In this document: positions 10,007 through 18,148 of the stretch, in pieces | How the letters are laid out: the number at the start of each line of letters is the position of its first letter | Numbering within the stretch: the stretch's first letter is position 1 | From: Corallococcus sp. bb12-1 | GTDB taxonomy: Bacteria; Myxococcota; Myxococcia; Myxococcales; Myxococcaceae | Direction of reading: 5' to 3' | Length of the DNA: 64,000 nt | NCBI RefSeq assembly: GCF_026626765.1 | Contig: NZ_JAPNJZ010000012.1 | Location: forward strand, 77,012-141,011 | Notes under the pieces: generated by a model | The model's database searches: none | Seen by the model: the letters and a program-made list of their open reading frames with translations, nothing else | What the model was told of the DNA's origin: nothing | Translations under genes and position numbers: made by a program

Positions 10007-11683
10007 TTGCCCCTGTTCATGCGAATTCACGGAGGCAACGGCTTGACGAAGCGAAACTCCCTGGCGACCTCCCTGGCTGCCTGCACCCTGGCCCTGAGTA
10101 TGAGCGCTTGTGGCGCCAGTTCGGGCGGGTCATCCAACCCGGCGGGCTCCACCCAGCCGCCCGCGGCCACCGCCAACGCTCCCACCGTCACGAAGTCCAC
10201 CACGGCCCCGGGCACGGCGCCCCCCATCGGCGTACAGCCGGTGGCCAACACGCCTGCCGCGCAGATGCCGGCGCACGATGACCACCTCCCCATCGCGGGG
10301 CCCGGTCCCCAGCCCTCTGTCAGCGCCAAGGCGATGACCGCCGTCGCGGCGACGACGCCCGTTCACGACTGGGTGGTGTCTCCCAACGGCAACGACGGAG
10401 CCGAGGGCACGGAAGCCGCGCCGCTGCGCACCATCGCCATGGCGGTGGGCAAGGCCGCCCCTGGCGACCGGGTCCGCGTGCTGGCGGGCACCTACGCGGA
10501 GCGCGTCGTGTTGGGCGAGAACGTCCAGGCGGGCACGCCCGACGCGAAGATCACCTTGCAGGGCGAGGGCCGCCCGAAGCTCACGCCGGGCAGCGGCTCC
10601 GGCGCGCTCGTCCAGGTGCGCCGGCCGAACTGGATCATCGACGGCTTCGACATCGACGTGCAGTCGCAGCCCATCTTCGGCGTCGGCTTCGAGGGCGACG
10701 TGCAGGGCACGGTGCTCGCCAATTCGGAGCTGCACCACGGGACGGGTGGGGCGGGCATCACGACGTTCAACAACGCCCGCGGCCCCACCATCGAGAACAA
10801 CAACATCCACGACTTCGTGCGCACCACCGGCAACCAGGACTCGCACGGCATCGTCGTGCAGCCGGCGTCCTACGACGTGACGGTGCGCAACAACGACATC
10901 CACGACAACTCCGGTGACTCCGTGCAGTGCCTGGGGCCCGAGGGCTTCAGCACGCTGCCGCCCGCCACGGGCGTCCTGGTGGAGAACAACCACCTGTTCG
11001 GCAACCGGGAGAACGCCGTGGACATCAAGACGTGCCACGACGTCACCATCCGCAACAACCGGATGCACCGCTTCGTGCCGTCGGCCACGGCCAAGGGCGA
11101 AGCGCTCGTCATCCACTACTCGGCGAAGAACGTGCTGGTGGAGGACAACGAGCTGTACGACGCCTCCAAGGGCATCGCCCTGGGTGGCAACCACGAGGGC
11201 CCCGTGCCCACGTCCGTCGTCGTGCGCCGCAACCGCCTGCACGACATCACCGACGCGGGCGGCGGCGAGGGCACGGCCATCCGCCTGGAGAACTCCCAGG
11301 GCGCGGTGGTGGCCAACAACACCATCACCCGGGCGAAGTCCGCCATCATCCTGGGCCACGGCACCGGCGGCCCCACCGAGTCGCTCCGCGTGGAGAACAA
11401 CCTCGTGGATTCGCCCATGGCCGTGGACGTGGGCGCCGAGGCCCCCGGCCTCCAGATGGGCTCCAACCTCTACCCTGCGGGCGCCCAGTTCATGCACACC
11501 GGGAAGCTCGTGGCCCTGGACGCCTTCAAGGCCGCCACCGGGGACGTCACCTCCAACGGCGGGGACGTGACGGTGTCGGACGTCTTCGCCCCGTCGCCCT
11601 CCGCCCAGGACAAGGGCCTGGACGTGGGCCAGCCCTTCTGCGGCGCGGCCCCGGACATCGGCGCGGTGGAGCTGGGCTGCTAG
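10007..11683 (+). CDS. Right-handed parallel beta-helix repeat lipoprotein (pectate-lyase-fold, possible polysaccharide lyase or hydrolase)
   Basis: Signal peptide and lipobox (LSMSACG). Repeated NNxIHDN / xNNxI coils. Pro/Ala/Thr-rich linker. Confidence 0.7.
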   Translation: MPLFMRIHGGNGLTKRNSLATSLAACTLALSMSACGASSGGSSNPAGSTQPPAATANAPTVTKSTTAPGTAPPIGVQPVANTPAAQMPAHDDHLPIAGPGPQPSVSAKAMTAVAATTPVHDWVVSPNGNDGAEGTEAAPLRTIAMAVGKAAPGDRVRVLAGTYAERVVLGENVQAGTPDAKITLQGEGRPKLTPGSGSGALVQVRRPNWIIDGFDIDVQSQPIFGVGFEGDVQGTVLANSELHHGTGGAGITTFNNARGPTIENNNIHDFVRTTGNQDSHGIVVQPASYDVTVRNNDIHDNSGDSVQCLGPEGFSTLPPATGVLVENNHLFGNRENAVDIKTCHDVTIRNNRMHRFVPSATAKGEALVIHYSAKNVLVEDNELYDASKGIALGGNHEGPVPTSVVVRRNRLHDITDAGGGEGTAIRLENSQGAVVANNTITRAKSAIILGHGTGGPTESLRVENNLVDSPMAVDVGAEAPGLQMGSNLYPAGAQFMHTGKLVALDAFKAATGDVTSNGGDVTVSDVFAPSPSAQDKGLDVGQPFCGAAPDIGAVELGC

Positions 11684-11719
11684 GTCGGGCTCCCAGCGCC
11701 TCCCCGGCTGGAAAAACAG

Positions 11720-11762
11720 AAGGCCCGATGCGGAAGCTGCTTCCGCATCGGGCCTTTGTCTT
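11720..11762. terminator. Strong bidirectional rho-independent terminator
   Basis: Perfect stem AAGGCCCGATGCGGAAG / CTTCCGCATCGGGCCTT followed by TTTGTCTT. Sits between the convergent beta-helix gene (+) and tRNA-Cys (-). Confidence 0.75.
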
Positions 11763-11765
11763 GAG

Positions 11766-11837
11766 AGGCGCCACCCGGATTCGAACCGGGGAATGAAGGT
11801 TTTGCAGACCTTTGCCTTACCACTTGGCTATGGCGCC
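11766..11837 (-). tRNA. tRNA-Cys (anticodon GCA)
   Basis: Reverse complement reads GGCGCCATAGCCAAGTGGTAAGGCAAAGGTCTGCAAAACCTTCATTCCCCGGTTCGAATCCGGGTGGCGCCT. Cloverleaf with anticodon loop CUGCAAA and a TTCGAAT T-loop. Confidence 0.9.
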
Positions 11838-11987
11838 GGAAGTAGTTGGGGCCGGGTTTATACGCAGCCCCGTGCGATGCGGTCAAGGAAGCAACAGCAT
11901 CCATCCCTGCTTCTCGTCCCGCTAGCATGCGGCGCGGGGCGTCAGGCCCCCGGGCCCGCGGCTCGGAATTCAAGGGGACGGCAAACG

Positions 11988-13139
11988 ATGCTGCATGGCC
12001 ATGGAGTGTTCCTTGAGGAGCACGAAGCCTTCCGCCGGACGGTCCGGGCGGTGGTGGACAAGGAACTGCGCCCGTTCGCGAACGCGTGGGAGGAGCAGGA
12101 GGAGTTTCCCCGGGAGCTCTTCCGCCGCTTCGGCGAGCTGGGCTTCCTGGGGCTGAAGTACCCGGAGGCCCAAGGGGGCACGGCCGCGGGCGAACTCTAC
12201 GAGGCGGTGCTCCTGGAGGAGCTGGGCCGGTGCGGCTCCGGAGGCGTGGCCGCCGGGCTGGGGGCGCAGTTCACCATCGCCACGGGGCCGCTGCATCTGT
12301 TCGGCACGGAGGCCCAGAAGCAGCGCTGGCTGGCCCCGGCCATCCAGGGGGAGAAGATTGGCGCCCTGGGCATCACCGAACCGGACGCAGGTTCGGACGT
12401 GGCCGGTCTGCGCACCACGGCCCGCCGCGAGGGCGACCACTACGTCGTCAACGGCTCCAAGACGTACATCACCAACGGGGTGCGGGCGGACTTCGTGGTG
12501 CTGGCGGTGAAGACCGACCCCGAGCGGGGCCACAAGGGGCTGTCCATGCTCGTCGTCGAGCGCGGCATGCCGGGCTTCGGCGTGGGGCGGAAGCTCCAGA
12601 AGGTGGGCTGGCGCGCGTCGGACACGGCGGAGCTGTTCTTCGAGGACTGCCGTGTGCCGGCGGAGAACCTGCTGGGGGTGGAGGGGCAGGGCTTCTCGCA
12701 GATCATGGGCAACTTCCAGTGGGAGCGCCTGTCGCTCGCCCTGGGCGCGGTGGGCGCCATGGACGACATGCTGGAGACGGTGCTGGCGCACGTGAAGGAG
12801 CGCCGTGCCTTCGGCCAGACGCTGGGGCAGTTCCAGGTCATCCGCCACAAGCTGGCGGAGCTGTACACCGCCCGAGAGAGCGCGCGTCAGCTCACCTACC
12901 ACGCGCTGCGCCTGCACGTGGCGGGCGAGTACGCCGTCGCGCAGACCTCCATGGCCAAGAAGGTGGCCACGGAGACGTGCTGCCGCGTGGCCGACGAGTG
13001 CCTCCAACTCCACGGGGGCGCCGGCTACATGATGGAGTACGACATCCAGCGCCACTGGCGCGATGCGCGGCTCGGCCCCATCGGCGGCGGCACGAGCGAG
13101 GTGATGAACGAGATCATCGCCAAGCAACTGGGGCTCTGA
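11988..13139 (+). CDS. Acyl-CoA dehydrogenase
   Basis: 384 aa, ACAD fold throughout (…YPEAQGG…, C-terminal ...ARLGPIGGGTSEVMNEIIAKQL). The upstream in-frame extension from 11793 overlaps tRNA-Cys and is rejected. Confidence 0.85.
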   Translation: MLHGHGVFLEEHEAFRRTVRAVVDKELRPFANAWEEQEEFPRELFRRFGELGFLGLKYPEAQGGTAAGELYEAVLLEELGRCGSGGVAAGLGAQFTIATGPLHLFGTEAQKQRWLAPAIQGEKIGALGITEPDAGSDVAGLRTTARREGDHYVVNGSKTYITNGVRADFVVLAVKTDPERGHKGLSMLVVERGMPGFGVGRKLQKVGWRASDTAELFFEDCRVPAENLLGVEGQGFSQIMGNFQWERLSLALGAVGAMDDMLETVLAHVKERRAFGQTLGQFQVIRHKLAELYTARESARQLTYHALRLHVAGEYAVAQTSMAKKVATETCCRVADECLQLHGGAGYMMEYDIQRHWRDARLGPIGGGTSEVMNEIIAKQLGL

Positions 13140-13250
13140 AGCGAGTGCCTCCCGGCTTGTCCCGGTCAGCAAGCGAGCAGTCGAGCGGGAAGAGGGGAAA
13201 AACCCCCTGGGTTCATGTTCGAAGGAACATGACGTCTCGGGGAGGCCCCG

Positions 13251-13601
13251 GTGGAGCCCACCATCATTTGCGATGAGCTGTTCATGCGTCTGGGGGACGA
13301 GGATGTGCTCGTCCTGGACTGTCGGGACGCGATGGACTGGGAGCGGTTCGAGATCCACATCCCCGGTGCGCTGCGCATGACGGCCTCGGAGATCGTCCGC
13401 GACCTGGCGATGCTGCCGGACGACGAGCTCATCGTCCTGTGTGGCACCACCCAGGACTGCGCCGACATCCGCCGCATCTGCCGCGTGCTGAGACTCCGGG
13501 GGCGCAACGCCGTGTGTCTCACCGGTGGGCTCCACGCCTGGGTGACGGGGGGCTATCCCACCGAACGCCACGTGCGCGCCCAGTCCCACGCCCACCGCTG
13601 A
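13251..13601 (+). CDS. Rhodanese-like domain protein (probably non-catalytic)
   Basis: Rhodanese-fold pattern (…VLVLDCRDAMDWERFEIHIPGA…VLCGTT…LTGGLHAW). The canonical Cys-X-X-Gly-X-Arg loop is degenerate. Confidence 0.45.
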   Translation: MEPTIICDELFMRLGDEDVLVLDCRDAMDWERFEIHIPGALRMTASEIVRDLAMLPDDELIVLCGTTQDCADIRRICRVLRLRGRNAVCLTGGLHAWVTGGYPTERHVRAQSHAHR

Positions 13602-13670
13602 GCGGTGGATGCGGCGCGTCGTGAAACGGTGTAAGGAGCGGCCTGCCGCCCCCACCGGAGACCCTCCACG

Positions 13671-14759
13671 ATGGCCAAGCTTCGCGCGGTACTCATTGGC
13701 GCCACCGGACTCGCGGGCCAGCAGTTCATCGCTGCCCTGAAGGACCACCCGTTCATCGAGCTGACCGGGCTCGCCGCGTCGCCCCGTTCCGCCGGAAAAT
13801 CCTACGGAGACGCCCTGCGTGCCTCCAACGGAATGCAGGCCTGGTTCGTCCCGGAGCCGCTGCCGGAAGCCATCGCCCGGATGACGGTCATCAGCGGCGA
13901 CGCGGTGCAGGCGAAGGACTTCGACATCGCTTTCTCCGCCGTGGAGGCGGACGTGGCGCGCGAACTGGAGCCCCGGCTCGCCCGCGACATCCCGGTGTTC
14001 TCCGCCGCGAGCGCCTTCCGCTACGACGATGACGTGCCGCTGCTCATCCCGCCCATCAACGCGGCCCACGCGCCGCTCATCCAGGCGCAGCGCAAGCAGC
14101 GCGGCTGGAAGGGTTTCATCGTCCCCATCCCCAACTGCACCACCACCGGCCTCGCCGTGACGCTGGCCCCTCTGGCCGAGCGCTTCGGCGTGAAGGCGGT
14201 GCTGATGACCAGCCTCCAGGCCATGTCCGGCGCCGGCCGTTCGCCCGGCGTCATCGGTCTGGACATCCTCGACAACGTCGTGCCCTACATCCCCAAGGAG
14301 GAGCACAAGGTCGAGGTGGAGACGAAGAAGATCCTCGGCTCGCTGGACGCTGCGGGCGCGGCGCTCACCCCGCATGACGTGCGCGTCTCCTGCACCTGCA
14401 CCCGCGTCGCCGTCCTGGAGGGCCACACCGAGTCCGTCTTCGTGTCGCTCGGCAAGAAGGCCACCGTGGCGGAGGTCGCCCTGGCGATGCGTGAGTGGAA
14501 GGGCGCCGAGGTGGCGAGCAGCCTGCCGTCCGCTCCGCCCCGGTGGATCGAGGTGCTGGATGACCCGTTCCGTCCCCAGCCCCGCATGGACCGGGACACC
14601 CACGGCGGCATGGCCACCACGGTGGGCCGCATCCGCGAGGATGGTGTCCTGGAGAACGGCTTCAAGTACGTGCTCGTCTCCCACAACACGAAGTTCGGCG
14701 CCGCCAAGGGCGCCATCCTCGTGGCGGAGTTGCTGCGAGCGCAGGGCTTGCTGGGCTGA
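13671..14759 (+). CDS. asd: Aspartate-semialdehyde dehydrogenase
   Basis: N-terminal Rossmann VLIGATGLAGQQFI, catalytic-Cys region, C-terminal dimerisation domain. 362 aa. Confidence 0.85.
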   Translation: MAKLRAVLIGATGLAGQQFIAALKDHPFIELTGLAASPRSAGKSYGDALRASNGMQAWFVPEPLPEAIARMTVISGDAVQAKDFDIAFSAVEADVARELEPRLARDIPVFSAASAFRYDDDVPLLIPPINAAHAPLIQAQRKQRGWKGFIVPIPNCTTTGLAVTLAPLAERFGVKAVLMTSLQAMSGAGRSPGVIGLDILDNVVPYIPKEEHKVEVETKKILGSLDAAGAALTPHDVRVSCTCTRVAVLEGHTESVFVSLGKKATVAEVALAMREWKGAEVASSLPSAPPRWIEVLDDPFRPQPRMDRDTHGGMATTVGRIREDGVLENGFKYVLVSHNTKFGAAKGAILVAELLRAQGLLG

Positions 14760-14867
14760 CTGGGGAAAGTGGTCGGGGAGGGCCCTAAATTCAGGATGCC
14801 ACCCCGGCCGCAACCATCTACTGTGCGCGGCCACGGACGCGCGGAATTCCGCACAGAGGAGTTTTAA

Positions 14868-15209
14868 ATGGCTTACGTCGTCGCCGAGCCTTGCATCAAG
14901 TGCAAGTACACCGACTGTGTCGAGGTGTGCCCGGTCAACTGCTTCTACGAGGGTGAGAACTTCCTCGTGATCCACCCGGACGAGTGCATCGACTGCGGTG
15001 CCTGCGAGCCCGTCTGTCCGACCAAGGCGATCTTCCCCGAGAGCGAGCTGCCCGGGAAGTGGAAGGAGTACCAGGCGCTCAACACGGACCTCTCCGGCAA
15101 GTGGCCCAACATCGCGGAGAAGAAGGCGCCGCTGCCCGAGGCCGAGGAGTTCAAGGAGCAGGAGGGCAAGCGCCCCCAGCTGAGCATGGCGGGCGGCGCG
15201 AAGAAGTAG
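14868..15209 (+). CDS. fdxA: 7Fe ferredoxin ([3Fe-4S][4Fe-4S])
   Basis: [51 protein letters not shown] is the classic FdxA cysteine pattern. Confidence 0.9.
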   Translation: MAYVVAEPCIKCKYTDCVEVCPVNCFYEGENFLVIHPDECIDCGACEPVCPTKAIFPESELPGKWKEYQALNTDLSGKWPNIAEKKAPLPEAEEFKEQEGKRPQLSMAGGAKK

Positions 15210-15312
15210 GGCGCCGCGCTGCTCGTGTGCGCCCGTGCAGGTGACGGCCCTTGCGCCCCACGGCGTGAGGGCCTTCGTCATTCGTGGCACCCGGTGGCGA
15301 CGCGCATCCCGC

Positions 15313-16227
15313 TCACTCCGCCCGCAGGAAGCTGAGTCGCAGGCCGCGGGCCTCCAGTGCGTCGCGAAGCCGCGTCACGTCCTCCGTGGGCACGGGCCCG
15401 TGGCGGCCCTGGATGCGCAGCGCCACCTCGCGCGGCCCGGTGCGCTCGACCTCCACGGTGGCCTCCATCGAACCGCGCAGGCTCAGGGCCAGCGCCGGCC
15501 GCTGTGACTTCACGAAGACCTCGATCTTCTCGATGAGGGCCAGCGTGGACTCGACTTGCGCGACGGGTGAGTCGGACGGACCGGCGCTGTCCGGAGACCC
15601 GGCCGCCAAGCTCCGGCCTTCGGCCGACGAGGTCCGGAGGGTGCTTCCAGTGCCGCCGTCCTCACGTGTCCGCGCGGGCGTCGATGCGGAGGGCGTGGCC
15701 GGCCGGGGTTCAGCGCGAAACGTGCGATCCAGTTCGCGGGCGATCAGCTCCGAGGCCCGGTGGTGCGCCTGCTCCCGGCCCTCGGCCTGGGCCTCCTGGC
15801 GCACGGTGCCCAGCCGCTGCGTCTCCACGTGCATGCCCTGACGGACCTGGCGGAGCGTCTCCGGACTTCCGAGCGCGCGGTGCGCGGTGGAGATGACAGC
15901 CGCCGAGGCCCGGACCCCTGGCGCTCCGGACGGTGCCCGCGCCGTCAGGCCCATGGCGCCAGGGGGGACGGTGGGGCGGGAGCCCAACGACTTCGGAGGT
16001 CCCCCCACGGGAACCGTTCCGGGCCGGGGTTCGGGACCGGGACGGCCCCGGGAGCCACCGCGTCCGGGCGTTTGCTGGAGGACCTGCTGAAACGCCTCCT
16101 TCTCCGGGGGGACCTTTTCGTGTCCGGAAGGGGCGTCGGGACCTTCGACCTTCATTGCGTGCCTCGCGCGTAGGGAATGCGCGGGCATCAGCAGCGGTCG
16201 TGCCACCGTGACGGGCGGCCCCTTCAA
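15313..16227 (-). CDS. Hypothetical protein, Pro/Gly/Arg/Ser-rich low-complexity with a small globular C-terminal domain
   Basis: ORF with high GC3. No recognisable catalytic motifs. The C-terminal ~90 aa (…LALIEKIEVFVKSQRPALALSLRGSMEATVEVERTGPREVALRIQG…) loosely resembles a hook-length-control (FliK/YscP-type) C-terminal fold; this is speculative. Confidence 0.4.
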   Translation of the reverse strand: MKGPPVTVARPLLMPAHSLRARHAMKVEGPDAPSGHEKVPPEKEAFQQVLQQTPGRGGSRGRPGPEPRPGTVPVGGPPKSLGSRPTVPPGAMGLTARAPSGAPGVRASAAVISTAHRALGSPETLRQVRQGMHVETQRLGTVRQEAQAEGREQAHHRASELIARELDRTFRAEPRPATPSASTPARTREDGGTGSTLRTSSAEGRSLAAGSPDSAGPSDSPVAQVESTLALIEKIEVFVKSQRPALALSLRGSMEATVEVERTGPREVALRIQGRHGPVPTEDVTRLRDALEARGLRLSFLRAE

Positions 16228-16302
16228 GAGGGGCGGGACTTCAAGGCTGCGTCCCGGAGGAGTTCGCCTCCGGGATGGGCGTGCGGTGCGCGGGACGGCG
16301 TG

Positions 16303-17355
16303 TCAGCGCTTGCCGCCGAAGCCGCCCGGCTGGACGGGCGCGGTGCCCGTCAGGTCGTTGAACGCGAGCGGGCAGGCCGCCACGGCGGCGGGGTCCGCCA
16401 GCGCGGCGTTCTGGGTCCAGTCGCGGTCCTGGAAGAGGAGCGCGTCACGCACCTCCAGCTCCTTGAGCGCCTTGCGGTACTCCCAGAAGCGTCCGCGCAG
16501 CAGCACCCGGGTGCCCTTCGGCAGCGTCGCCAGGTCCATGTACTGCGCATCCTTCAACCGCGCCGTGATGGTCACCGCGGGGCGCAGCTTCGGCTTGCCG
16601 TAGGTCAGTCCGCTGAGCATGCCGTCCTGGGCGGGATCCGGCAGGTAGTAGACGAGCCGGGCCACGAGCGCGGGCGGCTCCGGAGGCGGGGCATTGCGGC
16701 CCTTCTTCTTCTTGGGCTTCTCCAGTTTCGCGTCGACGAACTCCAGGCCCCCGAAGCCCACTTCCTTATCGAGGTAGTCGTCGCGGAACTTCGCATCCGC
16801 CACGCTGGCGGCGGTGGTGTTGGCCTTGAGGACCTCCACGTCGTAGCGCTCGAGCATGGCGGGCAGCGTGAAGAAGAAGCTGTCCACGGGCTTCACGCCG
16901 TCCGCTGCGAAGCGCAGCTTGCCCACGTCGAGCGGCGGGTAGTACGGCGCCAGCGCCACCGCCGTCTGCAGCCACTCCGCCGGCAGCTTCTTGTCGATGA
17001 GCACCCGGCGCATCATCGACACCAGGAACATGCTGGCCGGAAAGCGCGGCGTGGACAGCTGCGTGTTCACGGTCTGGAGCAGCGCCGGATCCACGAAGAA
17101 GTTCTCATCGCGCTTGTGCAGGAACGGAGCGGATTCGCCCACGACGGTGAGCAGCGCGCCCACCAGCTGGGCGCAGCCCGGGTCGGACGTGCCGTTGGTG
17201 AGTGCCTGGTACACGCGCGAACGGAGGAAGCGCTTGTCCATGTCCGCTTCGCGGAACACGGGCGGCTCACCCGTCCCGAAGAAGAACTCCTTCTGGGCGA
17301 GAGCGGGAGACGACAGCAGGCTCAGGGACAGGGCGAGGAGGGCTCGAGAACGCAT
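16303..17355 (-). CDS. Hypothetical secreted protein
   Basis: Internal ATG at 17355 gives the signal peptide MRSRALLALSLSLLSSPALAQ. 350 aa, no recognised domain. Confidence 0.6.
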   Translation of the reverse strand: MRSRALLALSLSLLSSPALAQKEFFFGTGEPPVFREADMDKRFLRSRVYQALTNGTSDPGCAQLVGALLTVVGESAPFLHKRDENFFVDPALLQTVNTQLSTPRFPASMFLVSMMRRVLIDKKLPAEWLQTAVALAPYYPPLDVGKLRFAADGVKPVDSFFFTLPAMLERYDVEVLKANTTAASVADAKFRDDYLDKEVGFGGLEFVDAKLEKPKKKKGRNAPPPEPPALVARLVYYLPDPAQDGMLSGLTYGKPKLRPAVTITARLKDAQYMDLATLPKGTRVLLRGRFWEYRKALKELEVRDALLFQDRDWTQNAALADPAAVAACPLAFNDLTGTAPVQPGGFGGKR

Positions 17356-17651
17356 CCGCTTGACCCTACCATGCCCTCCCCGGCGCGATCCTCCCCCGAG
17401 CGCGTCCGCACATGCTCCGCGTGAAACCGTGGGAGAGGCCATCCGACGCGTCAGGTATTGCAACCGGAGGACCCGATGCGGCGGGGCTTCCGTGACTTTC
17501 AGCGCTGCCTCCAGGGGGCAGGGGGCGGAGCGACCGCGCGGGAGGCGTGCCGGGACGGAGTCGGCCTTGTCCTCCGGAGGGGACTTCTCACGGGGCCGCG
17601 TCTTTTTCCGCCTGTCGGTGGCGCGGCCTTTTGTGTACCTTGCCCAGCGAT

Positions 17652-18131
17652 ATGCCGACGCCTCCCGAGACCACCCCGGCACCCGTCACCATCGCCCAGA
17701 TCAAGAGCGAGGCGGAGCTCTTCCAAGCCCTCGCCATCCGCGAGGTGGTGTTCATCGAGGAACAGCACGTTCCCGAAGGCATCGAGCGCGACGCCGAGGA
17801 TGCGCAGGCGTACCACGTGCTCGCCTACCAGGGCGGGCACGCCATCGGCACCGGCCGGCTGGTGAAGCTGCCGGAGCCTCCTGCGGGACAGACGGGGGCG
17901 TGGGGCCAGATTGGCCGCATGGCGGTGCTCCAGGCGCACCGCAAGTCGCGCGTGGGCTCGCTGCTGCTGACGACGCTGGAGGAGGAGGCGCGCCGCCGCA
18001 ACGTGCACGGCATCATGCTGCACGCCCAGCTCTACGCGCTCGACTTCTACAAGAAGCACGGCTACCAGCCGGTGGGCGCCGTCTTCGACGAGGCCGGCAT
18101 CGACCACCTGGAGATGCACAAGCGGCTGTAG
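17652..18131 (+). CDS. GNAT-family N-acetyltransferase
   Basis: 159 aa. Acetyl-CoA binding motif region (…RMAVLQAHRKSRVGSLLL…) and C-terminal FYKKHGY. Confidence 0.75.
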   Translation: MPTPPETTPAPVTIAQIKSEAELFQALAIREVVFIEEQHVPEGIERDAEDAQAYHVLAYQGGHAIGTGRLVKLPEPPAGQTGAWGQIGRMAVLQAHRKSRVGSLLLTTLEEEARRRNVHGIMLHAQLYALDFYKKHGYQPVGAVFDEAGIDHLEMHKRL

Positions 18132-18148
18132 CCGCCGTGCGGTGCGCT

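Noticed and set aside
11793-11987. N-terminal extension of the acyl-CoA dehydrogenase ORF starting at 11793
   Set aside because: The extension overlaps the tRNA-Cys gene on the other strand and has no homology. The conserved ACAD N-terminus begins at the ATG at 11988.
11684-13250. Genomic island or integrated element at tRNA-Cys
   Set aside because: No integrase, transposase, direct repeats or compositional shift. Flanking genes are ordinary metabolic genes.
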